A stretch of 64,000 bases of DNA, taken from the NCBI GenBank assembly GCA_963822445.1, contig CAWGHO010000002.1:1792001-1856000 (forward strand), written 5' to 3'. A program made the position numbers and the translations under genes. The notes beneath the pieces were generated by a model, which saw only the letters and a program-made list of their open reading frames with translations, was not told where the DNA came from and made no database searches. Origin of the DNA: an uncultured Acidobacteriota bacterium. Its GTDB lineage: Bacteria > Acidobacteriota > Thermoanaerobaculia > Gp7-AA8. This document shows positions 10,063 through 19,887 of this stretch, piece by piece; positions within the stretch are counted from its first letter, which is position 1, and each line of letters opens with the position of its first letter.

Positions 10063-10509
10063 GGCGTAGCACTCTTGCTGCAACTCGCCAACCAACTCGC
10101 GGAGAGGATTGACGCCAGTCGCACGCACCGGAATCGCGGGTCAAAGCAGTAACGCACCGCACTATTGGGACAAAAAGCGCCCGTGAACGTCCTTGCGATA
10201 AGGAGTGAGGAACGCGCATCTTTCCGTGATGCTGTAAGTGGCCGGCATCGATGTACTTTTGAAGAAACCGTACGTTTGCCTCGACCTGATCACGCAGCAA
10301 CCCTGAGCCGAAGACGGTGATCAGTGCCGTGTACACGTTGTTGATATCGTCCTCGGTCGGGAAGTGGCGGAGCAATGCGAAGGACCTGGCGTATTTGGCG
10401 GACCTCGCCTGTGGTTGGTGGTCGCTGGTCTCGATGCGAGACGTTGTTCGCTCGCCAGGTCGGTGAAGTTAGACGCTTCAGCCGCTCACAGTCTCGTCAG
10501 TGATGGATC

Positions 10510-11077
10510 CTATTTTCCGCCCAATTCCTCTGGCGCGAACACCATGTGCTCAGGAAGATCAGCGCGTGTGCGGCGGTGTTGTCGGTAAAGATCGAAGTAG
10601 GTCTGGCGTATACCAGCCTCCATACTCATTCCTAACTCGTCCGCGATGGTGCGGATCACCTCTAGTGCGCCTTCGATTTCGAAGTAGTCGCCGATTGGAG
10701 TCCGGTCCAATACGACTTCAACTTCGCGCAATCTCCAGACTTCGCGGAACTTCTGATACCTAAATGTGGGCTTGAATCCCGAGCGCGTCGAGGAGCTGGA
10801 TGGCGAGCTCGAAGCTCTCCACGCCGGTCTGCACCTCGTCGCGTTTCTTGACGTTGCCCTCGAACGCCATCGGCCCTTTGAACGTGGCCAGCGCGTAGCG
10901 GCCGAACTTTCGGACGCGCAGGAGCGCGCCGCGCGTGCGCAACTCTCCGCGGCGGTCGAGCACGATGTTGTCCTCGAACGTCTCCGCGTACAGACGCTGC
11001 GCGCCGAGGTCGTGCAGTTTCTGCACGAGCGCCGCGCGGTCGCGGAGGGGGAATTTGATCTCGATTTCCTGGGCCAT
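10510..11077 (-). pseudogene. CYTH-domain (class IV adenylate cyclase-like) protein split by a 1-nt frameshift near 10778-10780; may be a sequencing error
   Basis: N-terminal EIEIKF (ExExK) and LRVR. Removing one G from CTC GGG ATT restores ...ALGFKPTFRYQKFREVWRLREVEVVLDRTPIGDYFEIEG. Confidence 0.8.
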
Positions 11078-12270
11078 TACGTTCGAAGAACTTCGACGCC
11101 CGGCAAGCTCGCTCCCGAAATGAACTCCAGCGACGCCCCGCCGCCCGTCGAGATGTGGGTGATGCGATCGGCGAAGCCCGAGCCTTTGATTGCTTCGACG
11201 GACTCGCCGCCGCCGACGACGGTGATCGCTTCGGCGTTCGCGACGGCGCGGGCCATGGCTATCGTGCCTTTCGCGAACTCCTCTTTCTCGAAGACGCCCA
11301 TCGGGCCGTTCCAGAAGATCAGTTTCGCGTCGCGGAGCGCGGCCTCGTAATTGGTGATGGTCTTCGGGCCGATGTCGAAGGCTTTCTCTTCGTCCGTGTA
11401 GCCGTCGCTCACATCGGCGTCCCAGTCGATTTCGGTCGGGTTGTCCAGCGAGTCGGCGACGACGAGATCAACGGGCAGGATCAGTTCCGCGCGGTACTCG
11501 CCTTCCATGATCCGCTGCGCGACATCCATCGAATCCTTGTCGACGAGCGACCCGCCCATCGGGACGCCGCGCGCGGCGAGGAACGTGTTGGCCATGCCGC
11601 CGCCGATCAGGACCGTGTCGGCCAGCTTGACCAGCGCTTCGAGGGGCTCGATCTTGCCGGCGATCTTCGCGCCGCCCATCAGCGCTACGAACGGGCGCTC
11701 GGAAATGTCCGTGACTTTCTGCAGGAACTCGATCTCTTTCGCGAGCAGCAGGCCGCCGGCGATGTTCTCTTTCGGGAAGAGCCGCGGCAGCGCATCGATC
11801 GACGCGTGTGCTCGATGCGAGGCGCCGAAGGCGTCGTTCAGATAGAAGTCGGCGAGCTTCTTCAGTTGCTCGGCGAAGGCGGGATTGTTCTTCTCCTCGC
11901 CGGCGTGGAAGCGGAGGTTCTCGAGCAGCAGGACTTCGCCGGCTTTCAGTGCAGCGGCCTTCTTTTCGACGTCCTGGCCCACGCAGTCATCGGCCCATTG
12001 CACGTCGGTCCCGAGCAACTCCGCGAGCTTGTCGCGGACCGGCTTGAGCGAAAACTCGCTGTTGCGCGTGCCTTTCGGGCGGCCGAGGTGGGAGGCGATG
12101 ACGACGGCGGCTCCGGCGCCGCGGAGGAACTGCAGGGTCTTCAGCGTCTCTTCGATGCGGGTCGCGTCGCTGATGGTCGTTCCTTCGAGCGGAACGTTGT
12201 AGTCGACACGATAGAAAACGCGGGAACCGGAGGTGAGCGGGAGACGATCGAGCGTTCTGATACTGATCAT
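11077..12270 (-). CDS. pgk: Phosphoglycerate kinase
   Basis: RVDYNVP, SHLGRP, LLENLRF, WNGPMGVFE, HISTGGGASLE. Confidence 0.97.
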   Translation of the reverse strand: MISIRTLDRLPLTSGSRVFYRVDYNVPLEGTTISDATRIEETLKTLQFLRGAGAAVVIASHLGRPKGTRNSEFSLKPVRDKLAELLGTDVQWADDCVGQDVEKKAAALKAGEVLLLENLRFHAGEEKNNPAFAEQLKKLADFYLNDAFGASHRAHASIDALPRLFPKENIAGGLLLAKEIEFLQKVTDISERPFVALMGGAKIAGKIEPLEALVKLADTVLIGGGMANTFLAARGVPMGGSLVDKDSMDVAQRIMEGEYRAELILPVDLVVADSLDNPTEIDWDADVSDGYTDEEKAFDIGPKTITNYEAALRDAKLIFWNGPMGVFEKEEFAKGTIAMARAVANAEAITVVGGGESVEAIKGSGFADRITHISTGGGASLEFISGASLPGVEVLRT

Positions 12271-13292
12271 GCCGGTTGCAGCGACGCTTTCTTCACGCTT
12301 GCGACGTGCGCGATGAGGTCGAGAACGCGGTTCGAGTAGCCCCACTCGTTGTCGTACCAGGCCAGGACCTTGTGCATTTGCGGATTGACCGAGCGGGTGA
12401 AGGTCGTGTCGACGATCGAGGAGTTGGGGTTGTGGTTGAAGTCGATCGAGACCAGCTGCTCGTCGGAGTAGGCGAGGATGCCTTTCAGATCGCCGTTCGC
12501 CGCTTCGCGAATGACGTCGTTGATCTCCTCGACGCTCGTCGACTTCTCGGTGTGAAAGGTGAGGTCGACCAGGGAGACGTTCGGCGTCGGCACGCGGACG
12601 GAGATGCCGTCGAACTTGCCTTTCAGCTCCGGCAGGACGAGGCCGACGGCCTGCGCGGCGCCGGTGCTCGTGGGGATCATCGAAAGTGCCGCGGCGCGTC
12701 CGCGGCGCAGATCCTTGTGCGGGAGATCGAGGATCTCCTGATCGTTCGTGTACGAATGGATGGTGGTCATGATGCCCATGGTGATGCCGAACTTCTGATG
12801 GAGCACCTTGGCCACGGGCGCGAGGCAGTTGGTCGTGCAGGACGCGTTGGAGATCACGGTGTGCTTCGACGGGTCGTACTCGTCTTCGTTGACGCCCATG
12901 CAGAACGTGGCGTCGGCGTCTTTCGACGGCGCGGAGATGATCACCGTGTGCACGCTTTTCTTCAGATGAAGGGAAGCCTTCTCTTTCGTGGTGAAACGTC
13001 CCGAGGACTCGACCACGATCTCCACGCCATGCTGGTCCCAGGGGATGTCCGAAGGGTTGGGCTGGGAGAAGACGCGCAGCTCTTTGCCGTCGATGGTGAT
13101 GCCGTTCGCCGAGGCTTTGACGTCGTTGCTGATCTGGCGGTGGACTGAGTCGTATTTGAGCAGGTAGGCCAGCGTGTCGGGGCCGGTGAGGTCGTTCACC
13201 GCCACGAATTCAATGTCCAGTTTCTTCTCGAGCGCGGCCCGGACCACGTTGCGTCCGATGCGTCCGAATCCATTTACGCCAACCTTCACCAT
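12267..13292 (-). CDS. gap: Type I glyceraldehyde-3-phosphate dehydrogenase
   Basis: [31 protein letters not shown]. Confidence 0.98.
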   Translation of the reverse strand: MVKVGVNGFGRIGRNVVRAALEKKLDIEFVAVNDLTGPDTLAYLLKYDSVHRQISNDVKASANGITIDGKELRVFSQPNPSDIPWDQHGVEIVVESSGRFTTKEKASLHLKKSVHTVIISAPSKDADATFCMGVNEDEYDPSKHTVISNASCTTNCLAPVAKVLHQKFGITMGIMTTIHSYTNDQEILDLPHKDLRRGRAAALSMIPTSTGAAQAVGLVLPELKGKFDGISVRVPTPNVSLVDLTFHTEKSTSVEEINDVIREAANGDLKGILAYSDEQLVSIDFNHNPNSSIVDTTFTRSVNPQMHKVLAWYDNEWGYSNRVLDLIAHVASVKKASLQPA

Positions 13293-13351
13293 TTCAAGTG
13301 CCTCCGAGAGCGGTCGATATACTACCGCGCGTGATTCCGACTGCGAGTTCC

Positions 13352-14332
13352 ATGCAAGTAACGCCCCTGCGCTGGGACGGTAACTCATTGTTTCTGCTCG
13401 ATCAGCGGCTCCTCCCGCGAGAGGAGAGGTGGCTCGAGTACCGCGATGCATCAGGCGTTGCTGAGGCCATCAAAACCATGGTCGTGCGGGGCGCGCCGGC
13501 CATCGGCGTTGCGGCGGCGTTCGGTATGGCGCTGGCGGCTTTGCGGGGTGATGATTTGAACGTTGCCGCGGAGGAGTTGAAGCGTGCGCGGCCGACGGCG
13601 GTCAATCTGGCCTGGGCTGTCGATCGGATGCTGTCGCAACGCGACGGTGATTTGATCGCCGAGGCTGAAGCGATCAACCGCGAAGACCTCGCCTCCTGCA
13701 TGGCCATCGGCCGCCACGGCGCGGCACTCCTCGGCGCAACCTCCACCGTCCTCACCCACTGCAACGCCGGCGCGCTCGCCACCGCCGGCTACGGCACAGC
13801 CCTCGGCGTGATCCGCGCGGCCATCGAAAGCGGGAAGAAAGTCGCGGTATTCGCCGATGAGACCCGTCCCTACCTCCAGGGCGCGCGGCTGACTGCGTGG
13901 GAGTTGCAGAAGGACGGCATCGACGTCACCCTCATCACCGACAACATGTCCGGCCACTTTTTCCAGGAAGGGAAGTTCGATGCGGTGGTCGTCGGCGCGG
14001 ACCGGATCGCCGCGAACGGCGACGCGGCGAACAAGATCGGGACGTACACCGTGGCCGTGCTCGCGAACGCGCACGGCATTCCTTTCTACGTCGCCGCGCC
14101 GGTCTCGACGATCGATCCCAACTGCCCGAGCGGGAAAGAGATCCCCATCGAAGAGCGAAGCGCGCAGGAAGTCGTGGACATCTTCGGCTCGCGCGTCGCG
14201 CCGGAAGGCATCAACGTGCGCCATCCCGCATTCGACGTCACGCCGGCGCGGTTGATCACGGCGATCATCACCGAGCGCGGCGTGCTGCGCGCGCCCTACG
14301 AGGAGGCCATACGATCGCTCTTTCCCGCCTGA
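13352..14332 (+). CDS. mtnA: S-methyl-5-thioribose-1-phosphate isomerase
   Basis: [55 protein letters not shown]. Confidence 0.96.
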   Translation: MQVTPLRWDGNSLFLLDQRLLPREERWLEYRDASGVAEAIKTMVVRGAPAIGVAAAFGMALAALRGDDLNVAAEELKRARPTAVNLAWAVDRMLSQRDGDLIAEAEAINREDLASCMAIGRHGAALLGATSTVLTHCNAGALATAGYGTALGVIRAAIESGKKVAVFADETRPYLQGARLTAWELQKDGIDVTLITDNMSGHFFQEGKFDAVVVGADRIAANGDAANKIGTYTVAVLANAHGIPFYVAAPVSTIDPNCPSGKEIPIEERSAQEVVDIFGSRVAPEGINVRHPAFDVTPARLITAIITERGVLRAPYEEAIRSLFPA

Positions 14333-14739
14333 TCGCCGCGCTCTGGTTCGGCAGCGCTGTCTTCCTGATGCTCGCCGCCTCGGCGGCTTTCCGCTCGTCG
14401 CCGAATTCGACTGTGGCCGCGGACGTCGTCGGCGCGATGCTCAATCGCTGGCACTACATCGCCCTCGCCGCGCCGCTGGTGTTGTTCGCGCTCGAAATGC
14501 GACACGCCCGGCGTCTCGTGCTGATCGTCCTGTTCGCCGCGACCGTGATCGCCGCCGCGCAGACGTTCGTCGATCTGCGCATCCGCTCGATCCGCACTTC
14601 CTCGGCGGTGGCGATGTCCGACTTACCGAAGACGGATCCGCTGCGGCGCCGCTTCGGCGCGTTGCATGGCGTGTCGATGATGCTGCTGCTCGCGCAGGCG
14701 ATCGCGGCCGCGGTGGTCGTTGCGGCGCGCGATCGCTAA
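14314..14739 (+). CDS. DUF4149/TMEM205-like membrane protein (start uncertain)
   Basis: ALWFGS...AAF and [12 protein letters not shown] motifs typical of DUF4149; no ATG before the first TM segment. Confidence 0.7.
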   Translation: MALSRLIAALWFGSAVFLMLAASAAFRSSPNSTVAADVVGAMLNRWHYIALAAPLVLFALEMRHARRLVLIVLFAATVIAAAQTFVDLRIRSIRTSSAVAMSDLPKTDPLRRRFGALHGVSMMLLLAQAIAAAVVVAARDR

Positions 14740-15476
14740 CAACCGCACACGCCTCCGTGATTGCTGCAGCAGCCTCGCTTGTCCGCGCAGTTCGTGCAGG
14801 TGGGCGAGCGCGTGCCGTCACAGCATCGCAGATAGCCGCTGCCTGGCGGCGGTGGTGGCGGAGGCGGAGGCGGATTCGAAGTGCTCCGCTCGACGATCAC
14901 GCTGGCAGAGCGCGCGACGGTGAAGCCGCACTTGCCGGTGCACTGGAGGAGGATGCCGTCGGTACCCGCGATCGTCGGGCTGTACGTCGCGGTATCGCTT
15001 CCGATTCCGCTGTCGGGGAAGATCGAATTTCCGAGCGCCGACGTAGCAACCCAATGAGCGTTGTCGGAAACCGTGAACTGCAACGTCGCACTATTGCCCT
15101 CGCGGATCGTAGTCGGTGCCGAGATCAACGCGATTGGTGGTGCGGGCGTCTCCACCGCGACCGTCGCATCGACGCCGCGGCCGCAGGAGTTGATCGCGTA
15201 CGCGCTGAACGTCCGCCGCCCGTTCGTGATCCGCGTTGAGCCGGTGCTCGAGAGATTGTTGCCCACGCCTTCGATCGTCACGATCGCGCTTCGATCCACC
15301 GTGTGCCAGGAAAGCATCACCGACTCAGCAGGACACGCAACGCGCGGGCTGACCGACAGCGTCAATGTCGGCGCGGCGCAGGGCGCCGACCGAACGGAAC
15401 GCCGTCGCGCACCGATCCCGAACGTGACGGCGACGACGGCGAGAACGAGCGCGAGTGCGGTCCTGTGCGTCCCCAT
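14736..15476 (-). CDS. Secreted beta-rich (Ig-like) protein with RRRSVR motif, poly-Pro linker and Cys-rich C-terminal module
   Basis: Signal peptide followed by RRRSVR; poly-Pro run; C-terminal RCCDGTRSPTCTNC...[11 protein letters not shown]. Confidence 0.75.
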   Translation of the reverse strand: MGTHRTALALVLAVVAVTFGIGARRRSVRSAPCAAPTLTLSVSPRVACPAESVMLSWHTVDRSAIVTIEGVGNNLSSTGSTRITNGRRTFSAYAINSCGRGVDATVAVETPAPPIALISAPTTIREGNSATLQFTVSDNAHWVATSALGNSIFPDSGIGSDTATYSPTIAGTDGILLQCTGKCGFTVARSASVIVERSTSNPPPPPPPPPPGSGYLRCCDGTRSPTCTNCADKRGCCSNHGGVCGC

Positions 15477-15512
15477 ACTGATCAGGGACACCAGGACGGT
15501 GAATTTGTGGCG

Positions 15513-16886
15513 CTACGCCACCGCCACCATGTTGCCGTCGATGTCGATCTCGCTGACCGGAAGGCCGAGGGTGCCGAGGGGCTCGCGGATGTCCCTCGCG
15601 TTTCCGACGATTACGATCAGTAGGCGGTCGGGATCGAGATACTTCTGCGCCACGCGGGCAATGTCTTCGCGAGTGACGTTGGCGATGTTCTCGCGGTACT
15701 TGTCGAAGTAATTCTCGGGCAACCCGTACAGCTCCATGTCCACGAGACGGCTGGCGATGTCGGACGCGGTCTGCACGAGCGCCGGGAAGACGCCGATCAG
15801 GTAGTTCTTCGTGTCGTCCATCTCCCGGTCTTCGATGTCGCCGGTGCGGATGCGGCGCAGCTCCTCGATCATTTCGGAGACTGATTCGCGCGTGACTTCG
15901 TTACGCACCGGCGCGGCCACGACGAACGGGCCGGCCTGCCGCCGGAACGCGAACTGCGATCGCGCGCCGTACGTGTAGCCATGCTTCTCGCGCAGATTGA
16001 GATTGATGCGCGAGTTGAAGACGCCGCCGAAGATAGCGTTCATCACCGACAGCGGGAAGTAGTCCTCGCAGGAGCGGGGAACGCCTATGTGGCCCACGCG
16101 GATCTCGGACTGCACGGCCTGGGGGCGATCGACGACGTAGATGCGGCTCACGTCGATGTTGTTCGGGGACACGGTCGGCCGCGGCGGCTCCGTGCGCGAA
16201 GTCCAGTTGCCGAGCGCTTTCGTGACCAGTTCGATGGCCTGATGGCGGTCGATGTCGCCGCTGATCACCACCGAGCTGTTGTTCGGAATGAAGTGCTCTT
16301 CGTAAAAGCGCTTCACATCAGCGAGCGTGATTCGGGCGACGCTGTCGGGATTTCCGCTGACGGAATTGCCATACGCGCCCGTCCCGTAGAGCAGGTTGGC
16401 GAAGCGCTTTCCGGCGATCGCGGCCGGTTCGTTGCGTTGCTGGAGGAGGTCGTTCAGCCGCTCGGCGCGAACGCGCTCCAGCCCGTCCTCCGGCAACGTC
16501 GCGCGAGCGCTGACGTCGCCGAAGATCTCGATCGACGGCTCGGCGTTGCGGCTCAGGACATCGAGGGAGATGTACGACGCATCCCAGTCAGCGCCCGTCC
16601 CAAGAGACGCGCCGAGCAGCCCCACATCCTCGGCCAGCTTGATCGCGTCGCGCGACCCGGCGCCTTCGTCGAGAAGATCCGCGGTGACCGAGGCCAGGCC
16701 GGCGGTGTTTGCGTCGTCGTGATCGGCGCCGGAGCGCACGAGGCCGCGAATGGAAACGAGCGGCGCGTTGTGGTTCTCGGCGACGAGGATTCGCAGGCCG
16801 TTGGGCAGCGTGGCACGGGCGATGTGCGGAAAGTTGTACGGGCGAGGCTCGGAAGGAAGCGGCGCGTTCGCGCGATCGACGGTCAT
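15513..16886 (-). CDS. M16B zinc protease, non-catalytic partner subunit
   Basis: M16 fold features (LPNGLRI, SRINLNLREKHGYTYG) without HxxEH. Confidence 0.9.
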   Translation of the reverse strand: MTVDRANAPLPSEPRPYNFPHIARATLPNGLRILVAENHNAPLVSIRGLVRSGADHDDANTAGLASVTADLLDEGAGSRDAIKLAEDVGLLGASLGTGADWDASYISLDVLSRNAEPSIEIFGDVSARATLPEDGLERVRAERLNDLLQQRNEPAAIAGKRFANLLYGTGAYGNSVSGNPDSVARITLADVKRFYEEHFIPNNSSVVISGDIDRHQAIELVTKALGNWTSRTEPPRPTVSPNNIDVSRIYVVDRPQAVQSEIRVGHIGVPRSCEDYFPLSVMNAIFGGVFNSRINLNLREKHGYTYGARSQFAFRRQAGPFVVAAPVRNEVTRESVSEMIEELRRIRTGDIEDREMDDTKNYLIGVFPALVQTASDIASRLVDMELYGLPENYFDKYRENIANVTREDIARVAQKYLDPDRLLIVIVGNARDIREPLGTLGLPVSEIDIDGNMVAVA

Positions 16887-18145
16887 GCCGCGCTCCGATC
16901 GGGTACGAAGAGGCTGGTCACGCGATTCTCCGGAATGAGGTACTTGCGCGCGACGTGGGCGAGATCGTCGGCCGTCGCTGAGCGATAGGGATCGAGCCAG
17001 CGCTCGATGAGATGCGGATCGTCGAAGTAGGTCGACATCATGCCCAGGAGGTCGGCGCGTGCGTCGAAGGTCTCCAGTTGATGCGCATAATCGACTTCCG
17101 CACGATTCTTCGCCCGCGTCAGCTCATCCTCGGAGATCCCGGAAACGGCCACGTTCGCAATCTCTTCATCGATCGCCGATTCGATCGCTTCGATGGTCAC
17201 GCCTTCGCGCGCCGTGGCCTGCAGCAGCAGCAGTCCCGTCGCTTCGGTCGGCAGCACGTACATGGCCACATCCTGGGCGATCTGTTTTTCGTGCACGAGG
17301 ATGCGATCGAGACGGCTCGCTTTGTCGGAGGCGAGGATGGTGCTGAGGAGGTCACTGTGGATCCAGTCCCGCTCGCCCATCTTCGGCAGGTGATAGAGCC
17401 GGTAGATGCGCGGGAGCTGGACCGGTGACTCGAACGTCTCGCGCTTTTCGTGAGAGGCGGGCGTGCGCGTCGCTTCGAATTTCGGGAACGAGCCGCCGGG
17501 CTGGATGTCGGAGAAGTACTGGTCGACGAGTCGCTTCGCTTCGTCAGGCGAGAAGTCGCCGACGATCGTCAAGGTCGCGTTGTCGGGGCGATACCAGGTC
17601 GCGAAGAACTCGCGGATGTCGTCGAGCGATGCCGCGCCGAGGTCTTCCATCGAGCCGATGGTCGGCCAGTGGTAGGAGTACTCGGGATCGAACGCGAGAT
17701 GCAGCAGGCGCTCGAAGGCCGTGCCGTACGGAACGTTGTCGTAGCGCTGCCGCCGCTCTTCCTTGACGACCTCGCGCTGTATGTCGAGCTTCTCCTGAGT
17801 CAGCGCGGGGAGAAAGAAGCCCATGCGATCGGACTCGAGCCAGAGGCCGAGGGCGAGGTAATTGGAGGGAAGGGTCTCGAAGTAGTTGGTGCGGTCGAAG
17901 AAGGTCGTGCCATTGAGCACGCCGCCGACCGACTGCACGTAGCGGAAATGCTCGTTGTTGCCGACGTGCTCGGAGCCGGAAAAGAGCATGTGCTCGAACA
18001 GGTGCGCGAAGCCGGTGCGGCCGGGCCGCTCGTTCTTCGAGCCGACGTGGTACCAGAGGTTGACGGCGACGAGCGGGGCGGAGTGGTCTTCGTTCAGGAC
18101 GACGCGGAGGCCGTTGTCTAGTTTGTAAGTGTCGAGCGAGAGCAT
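16883..18145 (-). CDS. M16B zinc protease, catalytic subunit
   Basis: GFAHLFEHMLF (HxxEH), DRTNYFE, EERRQR. Confidence 0.94.
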   Translation of the reverse strand: MLSLDTYKLDNGLRVVLNEDHSAPLVAVNLWYHVGSKNERPGRTGFAHLFEHMLFSGSEHVGNNEHFRYVQSVGGVLNGTTFFDRTNYFETLPSNYLALGLWLESDRMGFFLPALTQEKLDIQREVVKEERRQRYDNVPYGTAFERLLHLAFDPEYSYHWPTIGSMEDLGAASLDDIREFFATWYRPDNATLTIVGDFSPDEAKRLVDQYFSDIQPGGSFPKFEATRTPASHEKRETFESPVQLPRIYRLYHLPKMGERDWIHSDLLSTILASDKASRLDRILVHEKQIAQDVAMYVLPTEATGLLLLQATAREGVTIEAIESAIDEEIANVAVSGISEDELTRAKNRAEVDYAHQLETFDARADLLGMMSTYFDDPHLIERWLDPYRSATADDLAHVARKYLIPENRVTSLFVPDRSAA

Positions 18146-18166
18146 CGGTCGGGGTTTTTATCACGA

Positions 18167-18247
18167 GGAGTCGCAAAGTCTCAGAGTCTCAAAGTCTCAA
18201 AGGAGGTTCTTCTCTGCGACTTTGCGACTTTGAGACTCTGAGACTCC
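18167..18247. repeat. Inverted tandem octamer hairpin (AGTCTCAA/AGTCGCAA)n
   Basis: GGAGTCGCAAAGTCTCAGAGTCTCAAAGTCTCAAAG versus CTCTGCGACTTTGCGACTTTGAGACTCTGAGACTCC. Confidence 0.85.
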
Positions 18248-18269
18248 CATCGTTTATCCTTCCGCCCGC

Positions 18270-18914
18270 GTGAGTACATCGCTCCCATGGCGCCACGTCG
18301 CCATCGAAGGTCCCATCGGAGTCGGCAAGACTTCGCTGACCAACCTTCTGGCCAAGCGCTTCCGGGGGACGAAGGTGCTGTCGGACGTTGAGAATCCCTT
18401 TCTCGACGACTTCTACAAAGACAAGCGCGGGGCGGCGTTCCGGACGGAGCTGTACTTCCTGCTGTCGCGGTTCGATCAGCAGCGGCACATGACCCAGCGC
18501 GACCTGTTCACCGAGCTGATCCTCGCGGACTACACCTTCGCCAAGAGCAGGATTTTTGCGTATCTGACGCTCGATGACTCGGAGCTGATGATCTACAACC
18601 GGATGTACGACCTGCTCTCCGAGCAGGTGCCCAAGCCGGACCTGGTCATTTATCTGCAGGGCAGTCTTGATACACTGTCGAAGCGCATCAAGAAGCGTGG
18701 GCGGGCTTACGAAAAAGCGATCTCGCCCTCGTATTTACAGGAGCTCAGCGAGGCGTACTCGCACTACTTTTACCGGTACGACGAGACGCCGTTGCTGGTT
18801 GTGAATACGAACGAGATCGATTTCGTTAACACGCCCGAGCATTTCGACCAGCTCGTCGAGCAGATCGGAAAAGCTCAAAAGGGAACTCAGTACTACGTAC
18901 CGCTTGGATCCTGA
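18270..18914 (+). CDS. Deoxynucleoside kinase
   Basis: IEGPIGVGKT P-loop, ENPFLDDFY, PDLVIYL, RIKKRGR. Confidence 0.93.
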   Translation: MSTSLPWRHVAIEGPIGVGKTSLTNLLAKRFRGTKVLSDVENPFLDDFYKDKRGAAFRTELYFLLSRFDQQRHMTQRDLFTELILADYTFAKSRIFAYLTLDDSELMIYNRMYDLLSEQVPKPDLVIYLQGSLDTLSKRIKKRGRAYEKAISPSYLQELSEAYSHYFYRYDETPLLVVNTNEIDFVNTPEHFDQLVEQIGKAQKGTQYYVPLGS

Positions 18915-18996
18915 GTAGACGGACCGGGACGAGAACGTGGGCAACGCGGGCGCCAGCCCGCCTACCCGCTCCTTCTCCCTGTCCAGAAGGAGCGAG
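18915..18996 (+). promoter_or_regulatory. Structured panB leader with RBS-sequestering hairpin (candidate pan RNA motif)
   Basis: CGCTCCTTCT (18967-18976) pairs perfectly with AGAAGGAGCG (18985-18994), which contains the SD; upstream GGACCGGGACGAGAA can pair alternatively with TTCTCCCTGTCC. Confidence 0.6.
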
Positions 18997-19887
18997 ATGA
19001 ACCCGAAGAAGAAGGTCACCGTCCCGGCGATCCGCGCCATGAAGTCGAAGGCGCGCATCGGAATGCTCACGGCATACGACTACCCCTCGGCCAAGATCGC
19101 CGACGCGGCGGGCGCGGACATCCTCCTGGTCGGCGATTCGCTGGGCATGGTCGTTCTCGGCTATCCCGACACGCTCAGCGTGACCGTCGAGGACATGCTC
19201 CATCACACCCGCGCGGTCGTCCGTGGCGCGAAGACCGCGCTGATCGTCGGGGACATGCCCTATCTCTCGTACCACGTGTCGCTCGAGGAGTCCGTTCGCA
19301 ACGCCGGCCATTTCATTCAGGCCGGCGCGCACGCGGTGAAGGTCGAGGGCGCGAAGGCTTCGCGGATCAAGACCATCGAAGCGATTCTCGACGCCGAGAT
19401 CCCGGTCATGGGCCACATCGGTCTCACACCGCAATCGGTCAACGCTCTCGGCGGATTCAAGCTGCAGGGAAAGAACGCCGACGACGCGCGGCGCCTGCTC
19501 GACGAGGCCGTTGCTCTCGAGCGCGCAGGCTGCTTCTCGCTCGTGCTCGAATGCGTCCCGACCGAGCTCGCGGCGATGATCACCGAGCAGATCACCATTC
19601 CCACCATCGGCATCGGTGCCGGCCCGTCCTGCGACGGGCAGGTCCTCGTCTACCACGACGTCCTCGGCATGTACGACGGCCACACGCCCAAGTTCGTGCG
19701 CAAATACGCGAATGCCGCGGTTGACCTGCAGAAGGCGCTCGAAGCGTTTCTGTCCGATGTGCGCGACGGCAGCTTCCCGAATGACGACTCGGAGTCTTTC
19801 CACATGGCCAGCGATGAAGAGCTGAAGCGACTCTACGCGGCGCGTGACGAGGGCGGCGTGGTCGTGGAGATGCCGAAAGCGAATTGA
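18997..19887 (+). CDS. panB: 3-methyl-2-oxobutanoate hydroxymethyltransferase
   Basis: MLTAYDY, LVGDSLGMV, VKVEG, GHIGLTPQ, IGIGAG...DGQVLV. Confidence 0.97.
   Translation: MNPKKKVTVPAIRAMKSKARIGMLTAYDYPSAKIADAAGADILLVGDSLGMVVLGYPDTLSVTVEDMLHHTRAVVRGAKTALIVGDMPYLSYHVSLEESVRNAGHFIQAGAHAVKVEGAKASRIKTIEAILDAEIPVMGHIGLTPQSVNALGGFKLQGKNADDARRLLDEAVALERAGCFSLVLECVPTELAAMITEQITIPTIGIGAGPSCDGQVLVYHDVLGMYDGHTPKFVRKYANAAVDLQKALEAFLSDVRDGSFPNDDSESFHMASDEELKRLYAARDEGGVVVEMPKAN

Noticed and set aside
9944-10375. 143-aa ORF in the lower-GC patch as a confident gene
   Set aside because: TTG start with no SD, 119-nt overlap with the nucleotidyltransferase, and no recognisable family; kept only as a possible fragment.
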